Shown piece after piece: positions 19,900 to 28,700 of a stretch of DNA of 64,000 bases (position 1 is its first letter; the number at the start of each line of letters is the position of its first letter). Made by a program: the position numbers and the translations under genes. The stretch lies in contig JAUXTU010000118.1 in the NCBI GenBank assembly GCA_030679145.1, positions 17,679 through 81,678 of the forward strand. Direction: 5' to 3'. Below the pieces are notes generated by a model. It was not told the origin of the DNA, did no database searches, and saw only the letters and a list, made by a program, of their open reading frames with translations. Source of the stretch: Bacteroidota bacterium. Lineage in GTDB: Bacteria; Bacteroidota; Ignavibacteria; UBA10030; UBA8401.

Positions 19900-19953
19900 G
19901 TTGGTTTTGTGATAGTGAATAGGATGTTATTCGTTCGAGGAGGGGTTTTTTTG

Positions 19954-20028
19954 TGGGCGTTCACGGGATCGAACCGCGGACCTCCTGCTTGTAAGGCAGG
20001 CGCTCTAAACCAGCTGAGCTAAACGCCC
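19954..20028 (-). tRNA. tRNA-Val (anticodon TAC)
   Basis: GGGCGTTTAGCTCAGCTGGTTTAGAGCGCCTGCCT-TAC-AAGCAGGAGGTCCGCGGTTCGATCCCGTGAACGCCCA; cloverleaf; CCA not encoded. Confidence 0.96.
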
Positions 20029-20040
20029 TTGAAGTGCTTT

Positions 20041-20068
20041 AATATAGAAAATTTTTCAAAAAAAACAA
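20041..20068 (-). promoter_or_regulatory. Candidate tRNA-Val promoter
   Basis: Minus strand TTGTTT-N16-TATATT ending 12 nt upstream of the tRNA; same -10 hexamer as upstream of tRNA-Ile2. Confidence 0.5.
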
Positions 20069-20092
20069 AGGAGATTAGTTGCTCTCTTATCA

Positions 20093-20959
20093 TCATTGCA
20101 CGGGATATTCAATCAAAAAACGACGGATGGCATCTCGCCAATCCGGGATCGTAATGCCAAGATCATGTTGAAGGTGTTGATTTGACATAGCCGAAAACAA
20201 CGGACGCTGCGCCGGACTTGGAAATGCACTTATTGACACGGGAATGATAGTTGATTGTATTGAAAGCTGTTTTGCGATGTATCTTCCCCATTCATAGCGA
20301 GAAGCATAATCGCTGTTGGTGAGATGATATAACCCGGTCAATTTTTTATTGATCGCCCGGAGTGTGATGTCAACAAGATCAATTGTACTGGTCGGAACTG
20401 ATACTTCATCCGCTGTTAATTTCAACACAGAATTTTTTTGTGACCATTGCAGCATTTTGTGAATAAAATTCTGTGTTCCGTTACCAAACACCCAGCTTGT
20501 ACGAAACAATAAATACTGACCGCCGGAAGAAAGAATCGCTTCTTCTCCTACACGCTTACTCTTGCCATAAATGTTTAATGGATTTGCAGTATCCTGTTCT
20601 GTATAGAGATTTCCTTTTAATCCGTCAAAGACATAATCGGAGCTGTAATGGACAAGAAAGATATTTTTGTCAAGGCACAATGTTGCAATATTTTTTACAG
20701 CAGTGGTATTAATCAGGTAAGCGGTGTCTGATTGTTGTTCAGCAAGATCCACCGCATTATATGCGGCGCAATTGATGATAACGGTCGGTCTTACTGAATC
20801 AACAAATTTTGAGAGAAAATCAATTGATGTGATATCGCAATCTTTTTCATCGGGGGCGATGACTGTTTCCTTGCGGGCAGATAGGTCCTTGGCAAATTGT
20901 TTTCCGAGTTGACCGTTTGCGCCGAGGATGAGATATTTCTGGTTATTCAAAATCTTCAA
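20093..20959 (-). CDS. rfbD: dTDP-4-dehydrorhamnose reductase
   Basis: LGANGQLG, INCAAYNAVD, SSDYVFDG, YGKSK, RTSWVF, RPLFSAM. Confidence 0.93.
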   Translation of the reverse strand: MKILNNQKYLILGANGQLGKQFAKDLSARKETVIAPDEKDCDITSIDFLSKFVDSVRPTVIINCAAYNAVDLAEQQSDTAYLINTTAVKNIATLCLDKNIFLVHYSSDYVFDGLKGNLYTEQDTANPLNIYGKSKRVGEEAILSSGGQYLLFRTSWVFGNGTQNFIHKMLQWSQKNSVLKLTADEVSVPTSTIDLVDITLRAINKKLTGLYHLTNSDYASRYEWGRYIAKQLSIQSTIIPVSISAFPSPAQRPLFSAMSNQHLQHDLGITIPDWRDAIRRFLIEYPVQ

Positions 20960-20979
20960 GGATAATATAATTGCAATTG

Positions 20980-22398
20980 TTAATACGCTCCGCGGCCAAA
21001 AGCTACAACGGGAATGGTTTCGAAAAGAATCTCAAGATCAAATAACAGCGATTGATTCTCTACATAATAAAGATCAAGCAGGATCATATCTCTGAATTTT
21101 ATTTCACTGCGTCCTGAAATCTGCCACAAACCTGTCATACCCGGTTTCACCGAACCACGTTCTTTTATCGCATCCCAAAATTCATCGGATTCGGTTGCTC
21201 GTTCAAAATCTTTTAGCGGAAGGGGACGCGGACCAACAAGACTCATATCACCTTTGAGCACATTAAACAACTGCGGGAGCTCATCAATACTGAGTTTTCG
21301 AATGATCTTTCCCACACGTGTCACCCGGGGATCATTTTTCATTTTGAATAATGCACCGTCAGATTCGTTCTTATCCATTAATTCTTGTTTGATTTGTTCG
21401 GCATTGGTAACCATGCTGCGAAATTTTATAAAATCAAACTCGTATCCACCTTTCATCGCACCGCGGCGCTGCATAAAAAAAATCGGACGTCCACTCTCTA
21501 AATAATTAGCGACAATTGTTATAAGGAAAATCGGCGACAGCAGCAGTATAATGATTGAGGATGCAATAATATCAAATGTTCTTTTTGAAATACTTTTTAA
21601 AATTTTAACCCTGGAACGGATGGGAGCAGAAATAGTTATTCCAGCTATATCATAGATACGCGATATCTTCAAAAGATCTTCAGCATGAGGAGAAATGATC
21701 TTAAGTTTCACATTACTTTTATGACTGATACTTTTTAGATAAGAATATCCATTCAAAGAAAATTCAGTAGAAGGTATAAATATACGATCGATGTTTTTGG
21801 TCGCTACAACATGAGTGATATCCTCTTGTGTATATTGCGGAAGATCTGTGGGATCAAGTCCCTTTTCTTTGACAATGAATCCTTTTGTCTTATATCCGAG
21901 TTCAGGAAATGTTGAAAATCGATAAAAAAGTTTTTCCGCATCTTTATCAACACCAACGATTAAAGAATTATGAACGCCATATCCTAATCGTTGAAAGTAC
22001 AGATTGATTAATTTCAGGAAAAAACGTGCTACCAATAATAATACGGCAAGGGAAAGAACGAAAGTAATAACAGAATTTTTACCAACGAACGCTTGCGCAA
22101 AACTATTTACAGCGAGGGAAATCAACACCGTAATGACGAATGCACGTGCCGTAATCAGGTTTTGTAAACGCAAACTTAGGTGAAATGAGCCGCGATAAAG
22201 ACCTAACATTGATGCTATAAGTAAATAGATCGCCGTAAAGAAAGTAAAGCCAATCAAGAGATTTTCATCAGGAGTTATATAATGAATGGTTTCGCTCCAC
22301 TTCAACGAAAAAATAACAAACCCGCCCGCCCAAATTGCCAGGACATCTATCAATTGAGAGATAATTACAAAAGCTATTTTCCAATTTCGTTTAAGCAC
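20980..22398 (-). CDS. Polyprenyl-phosphate glycosylphosphotransferase (WcaJ/WbaP-type initiating transferase)
   Basis: N-terminal TM helices; KRTFD, KFRSM, DPRVTRVG, SIDELPQLFNVLKGDMSLVGPRP, KPGMTGLWQ. Confidence 0.93.
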   Translation of the reverse strand: MLKRNWKIAFVIISQLIDVLAIWAGGFVIFSLKWSETIHYITPDENLLIGFTFFTAIYLLIASMLGLYRGSFHLSLRLQNLITARAFVITVLISLAVNSFAQAFVGKNSVITFVLSLAVLLLVARFFLKLINLYFQRLGYGVHNSLIVGVDKDAEKLFYRFSTFPELGYKTKGFIVKEKGLDPTDLPQYTQEDITHVVATKNIDRIFIPSTEFSLNGYSYLKSISHKSNVKLKIISPHAEDLLKISRIYDIAGITISAPIRSRVKILKSISKRTFDIIASSIIILLLSPIFLITIVANYLESGRPIFFMQRRGAMKGGYEFDFIKFRSMVTNAEQIKQELMDKNESDGALFKMKNDPRVTRVGKIIRKLSIDELPQLFNVLKGDMSLVGPRPLPLKDFERATESDEFWDAIKERGSVKPGMTGLWQISGRSEIKFRDMILLDLYYVENQSLLFDLEILFETIPVVAFGRGAY

Positions 22399-22712
22399 CG
22401 AAGATATCCTATAGTAAGCTGATTGGTATTTGTATTCTTAAATACAGAATTTAATTTTATGAGCTTTAGTAATCAATTTTTAAAATTCCCCTTTTGTGCA
22501 ACACTGCTTAAAACAAAACCCCAACACTCGATTTTTTAGAATTGAATTTCTATTGATGGCAGTTGCTTATCTTGCCTAAATATTATTCTATATAAGAAAC
22601 AAAGAAATATAGGAAGTATTAAAAGGAGTAACAAGAAGATATTAATGCTCTGAAAAATATGTGAACCCCAATTTCATTTTAAATAAACATTCCAAGCAGT
22701 TTTATTGTTGCA

Positions 22713-25700
22713 TTATTTAATCAGAACAAGTTTTTTTACAAATTTGTGTTCTTTTTCCAAAGCGTTCACTTCTTTCATACGTATTACAGCATAATAGACA
22801 CCGGAAGAATATCGGCTGGCGTTCCACACAATCTCCTGATATTGTGCGTCCATTTGATGTTCAAATATTGTAGCGATTCGTTGTCCAATCACGTTGTATA
22901 TTTCAATCGAAACATCGCTCGTTTTAGGGACACCAAATCGTATTGTTGTTGTCGGATTAAATGGGTTTGGATAATTTTGATAAACAATATATTCAGTTGG
23001 AACCAATAATTTCCACGCTGCTACACCCAACACTTTTTCAGATGTTATAAAAGAGATTGTATCATTCGCTAGTGTAGTAAATTTTCCATCAGTTACAGAA
23101 ATTGTCCAATAATATCGAGAGGATGTTTTGAATAATTTCATGATCTTACCAGCAAAGATTGTATCGGTCAAATTGTTCAGAATAGTATCTACTGCAGCGC
23201 CCCAGATATGAAGTGTATATTGCAATGTATCTTCATAATCCCCGTCTGATGATCTATTCCATAAAAAATTAAGATCTTTATTCCAATCCAATGCAATAGT
23301 ATCTGTTTGCGATTGTTTATACAGGGTAAAGCTAACCGGTTGATGATATGTTGGAGTAATTGTAAGATTCCATTGCTGAGTCACTGTACTCCCTTTTGAA
23401 TCGGTAACCTTTAATGAGATTACTGTATCCCCGACATTATCATATTGTGGGACCCCTCGAAGTGTATCACTACTAAATTTCAGCCAACTCGGAAGTGAAA
23501 TGAATTCAATAACAAGAGAGTCTCTTCCATATTCCGCATCACTGTCATACGGATGAAATGCATAGCGATATTCAAATTCTTCGGAGGTGGTAGTATCAGC
23601 TGAAGATAAAATAATAGGAGCGTGGTTTACGTTAGTTACGTTCAACAAAAACGATTGAATGGACTCTCCCGATTTATTGTCCACAACTTTTAAAGTTACG
23701 ATTGTATCAACGGCATTCTTTCCTTGAGGTATTCCATAAACTGTATTGCTGTCTTCATTAAAATGTAACCACGATGGCAAAACAACAGGAGTTACAGTTA
23801 ATGAATCAGCAAAATTCTTTGAATCTCTGTCGAATACATTGATTGAATAAATATAATTTGAATCTTCAATCGCATTGATAATTGGTACAGAAGTAAATAT
23901 CGGTGCGTGATTTGTATGATGTACATACAGCGTATATTGTTGAAGAGCAATTCCGTTCTTATCATCTGAGGCTTTAATGCTCATTGGGAAAGAGCGATAT
24001 TCTAATGTATCAGATACATTGAGAACAGTCTCCTCTTTTTTTCTACCCTCTGTAAACTTTTCAAAATCTTCATCTGAGTGGAGTAAGAATTTATGATTTT
24101 TCCTAAGTGATATTATTTCTTTCTTTTCTGGCATAACTATTCCAGATAGACTATCGACTAAAGATGGAATTCCAGATATCAAACCAGTCAATGAATCAAT
24201 CAACAAAAATGGAGGAGCTTGAACAAAGGTAAATAAAACTTTATCTCCAAATAATAGTGAATCCTGATCTAGTGCCATTACCCTGTAGTTATAAACGCTA
24301 TCTTCTTTCCCTATAGTATCGGGAACAGAAACAAAGACAGGCGAATGATTGATATGTTGCACTGTAAGAACAAATGTCTTGTTGATTGTTCCGCCCTTAT
24401 TATCATACGCTTGAACAGTCACCGTTGTATCTCGCACATTCAGCCCACTTGATGTTCCACTGAGTGTTCCGGTGATACTATCGATTGTCAGCCAGGTTGG
24501 TTTAATGACCAGTTTATATTTTACTTGATCACCAAATAACAGGCTGTCCTGATCGCTGGCTCGGACTATTGTTGTATAAAGTGTATCTTCTATTGCATTT
24601 GGTAATATTGATGTTACAAAAACTGGTAAATGATTTGTGTGTGTCACTGTAACATTAAAGCTCTGAAGTATTACTCCACCCTTTCCATCACGTACTCGCA
24701 CTGTAACCGCCGTATCTCCTACATCTTTTCCTCGTGGAGTTCCGGTAATTAATCCTGTCGTGCTATCAATGCTCATCCATTGTGGACTAACACGAAGTCT
24801 ATAATACAATGTATCATTAAATAATAATTGATCCTGATCCGTTGCGATCACTTGATATGAATACAGACTATCTTCTGCAATTTGTTCAAGCGGGTTTGAT
24901 GCAAATTCCGGTAGGTGATTGATATGCTCTACCTTGAGTGTATACTGTTGTGTTGATATTCCTCCTTTATTATCAAACGTTTGAATTGCTACAATAGTAT
25001 CTTGAGCGTGAATCAATGATGGTGTTCCACTGATAAGTCCTGTAATGCTGTCAATCGTCAACCACAGTGGCTTGACCAGTAGTTTATATCGGATGTAATC
25101 TCCAAATAACAAAGTATCCTGGTCTGTAGCATTTACTACATAGGTATAGAGTGAATCTTCAATCGCTGTTGTATCAGCAATGGACACAAATTGAGGCAAA
25201 TGGTTGGTATGCGATACTTTCACATTATAGCTTGCACTGGCGATTCCACCTTTTCCATCGGTTACTCTTACTGTAACAAGTGAGTCTGTACCAACATTTT
25301 TTCCACGTGGTGTTCCACTAATAAGTCCTGTGCTGCTGACCGTTAACCAACTTGGCTTTTTAGTGAGTGTAAAAGTAAACACATCTCCTACGAGTGTGTC
25401 GGGATCTTCTACCTTAACCTGATATCTATAGAGTGTATCTTCCTGCGCAGTGAATATTCCTGTAGAAACTATTTCCGGTATATGATTGACGTGGGTGATA
25501 TGAAGCGTATATTGTTGAGTGGTTGTTCCTCCCGCATTGTCATATGCTTGTACTATAACAACTGTATCATATAAGTTTTGCACTTGTGGCGTACCGCTGA
25601 TCGTTCCGTTGGTGCTGTCGATGTTTAACCAGCTTGGCTTATTGATCAGTCTGTATCGGACGATATCTCCAAATAATATTGTATCGTTGTCTGTAGCTCT

Positions 25701-28700
25701 AGAAGTTTGTATATATATTTCATCCTCTACAGTTACTGTATCTGGATTCCAGTTGACAAATGATGGAATGTGATTAATATGGTGAATAGTAAGTGGAAAA
25801 TTCGATACCGTTACTCCTCCGTTATTGTCTGTTACATAAACCCTGTATGTTGTGTCTCCAACATTTTTTGCCGTTGGTAATCCGAAAACTCTCCCGGTCA
25901 ATGAATCTATCGTCAACCAAGAAGGATGGATAAGTAATGAATATCGAATTCGATCTTCAAACAACGTAGTATCCGGATCGATAACATTGAACATAACTGA
26001 AAATAGTGAATCTTCGGTTGCGCTTGTCCTTGATTGTTGCGCAATAATACTATCTTGACCACTAAGAAGTGTATAAGCAAACTCCGGACTATGGTTTGTA
26101 TGGTTTACTGCAAGTTGATAACTATGATTCGTAAATCCACCCTTATCATCGTATACTTGAATGGTCACAGTCGTATCTTGCGCACTCAAGCCACTTGCGG
26201 TTCCACTGATTGTTCCTGTGATACTATCGATCGTCAACCACACTGGTTTGATAAGAAGTTTATACCGTATCAGATCTCCAAATAATGCACTGTCTTGATC
26301 GCTTGCTTGAACGATTGTGGTATACAGCGAATCTTCTATTGCATCGGATAAGGTATTAGTTGAAATAATAGGATTGTGATTTGTGTGCTTTACAATTATT
26401 GGAAGAGTATGTTCGACAAATAATCCATTATTGTCTTTTGCTCTGATGGTCAACAGCGTATCGCCCACATTTTTTGCGGAAGGAATACCTGAGAATATTC
26501 CGGTAAGAGTATCCAGAATCATCCACGTTGGACCACGAATCAGTTGAAAATGTAACTGATCATTAAAGATCGTATCTTGATCAGTAAAAATCATCTTCCC
26601 AATATACAGTGAATCTTCATTTGCAATAGAATCAGGCGCAGAAACAAAGAGTGGCGGGTGATTGATATGTTCCACAGTGAGTGTGAATGAATGTGTCGAG
26701 ACTCCACCCTTGTTGTCGTATGATTGTACCGCAACAATTGTATCTCTCGCGTTCAAGCCGTTTGGCGTACCGGTAATGATACCAGTGACACTGTCGATTA
26801 CAAGCCAGATTGGTTTAACAATCAGTCGATATCGCACCACATCACCAAACAATGCCGAATCTTGATCACTACCTTTTACAGTATACGTGTAGAGTGAATC
26901 TTCCACTGCTGTTGTATCTGCGCTTGTTACAAACACTGGCGCATGATTTGTATGCGATATCGTCACTGAAAATGTCTGCAATATCAATCCTCCCTTACCA
27001 TCCCTGACTCTCACAGTCACCACAGTATCTCCAACATTTTTTCCTTTCGGTGTTCCGGTGATCAATCCGGTTGAACTGTCAATATCCATCCAACTTGGAT
27101 GCACACTCAGTTTATAATGTAATGTATCACCGAAGAGTTGCTGATCCGCATCCGTTGCCGTTACCTGATACGTGTAGAGTGAGTCTTCCCGTGCCGTCGT
27201 GATTGGTGTTGAAATAAACTCCGGTTCGTGATTGATATGTTCCACACGAAGTATAAACTGCTGCGTTGAAATTCCTCCCTTGTTATCGTACGACTGCACC
27301 GCAACAATTGTATCCAATACATTTAGCCCGCTTGGAGTTCCGCGAATGGTTCCGGAGATACTATCAACGACAAGCCAACTCGGTTTTATGGAAAGTCTGT
27401 ATCGGATATTATCTCCGAACAACAGCGTATCCTGATCGTTTGCTTTTACATTGTATGTATAGAGTGAATCCTCCACCGCCGTTGTATCTGCCATCGTCAC
27501 AAACTGAGGCGAGTGATTGGTATGAGATACTTTGATCGCGTAACTCTGACTGGCAATACCTCCCTTACCATCGCTGACTCTCACAGTCACGATAGTATCT
27601 CCCACATTCTTTCCCAAAGGAATACCGGAGACAAGACCACTGCTGTTGACACTGAGCCAACTCGGACGTTTGGTAAGTGTATATGTAATAACATCTCCAA
27701 TGAGCGTGTCCGGATCTTCCACAATAACCTTATATCTATAGAGTGAATCTTCCTGCACAGTGAAACTTCCTATCGATACGATCTCAGGAATATGATTGAT
27801 GTGTGTGATATAAAGTTGGTATTGCTGCTGCACCAATCCTCCCACATTATCGTACGCTTCTACTACGAACAGTGTATCATACAGATTCTGGACTCTCGGC
27901 GTACCGCTTATGACTCCTGTAACGCTGTCAATACTTATCCAAGCTGGTTTATTGATCAATCTGTATCTAATAATATCACTAAATAACAATGTATCTTGGT
28001 CTGTTGCTTTTGTTTTGTAGCTATACACATCATCTTCTATCGCCGTAGTATCTGCTACACTGGTAAAAATTGGTGTGTGATTCGTGTGAAGAATGTGTAG
28101 TGTAAAAGATTTTTGCACAACACCACCGTTTTGATCATTCACCGATACTGTCAGTGTTGTATCACCAACACTGTATGGTTTTGGTATGCCTGAAAGTATT
28201 CCTGTAATTGAATCAATCGAGAGCCAGCTTGGTTTTATTGTAAGAAAATACCGTAGCTGATCTCCAAATAATAAACTGTCTACATCGCTCGCATACACTT
28301 TTGAAGTAAAAAGTGAATCTTCTTGTCCAAGTGTGTCGCTTAGTGTGGCAATGATTGGTGTATGATTGGTATGTTGAATTATTAACTTTGTTTCCTTAAT
28401 AGAGGTTGTATTCCAACGATCTACTGCTTTTACTACTAAAGAGGTATCTCCAACATTTTCACCTTTTGGAGTTCCATAAACTGTCTTTGCAATACTGTCG
28501 TAATGAAGCCAACTTGGAAGTTGAAGAATCGAAATAGAATACTGATCACCATCAACATCAGTTACAAAATTTGAAATATTAAACAAACTATCTTCTTTTA
28601 GCATCAGAATAGAGTCTAATAATATTGTCGGAAAATGATTCTTTCGGTAATAAGCTGATCTTGAAAAATTTGGAACAGTAGTTGTCCTTCCAGAAAAAAT

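Noticed and set aside
25519-27986. Recurrent similar + strand ORFs within the giant gene
   Set aside because: Antisense shadows of the repeated domains; their similarity follows from the sense-strand repeats.
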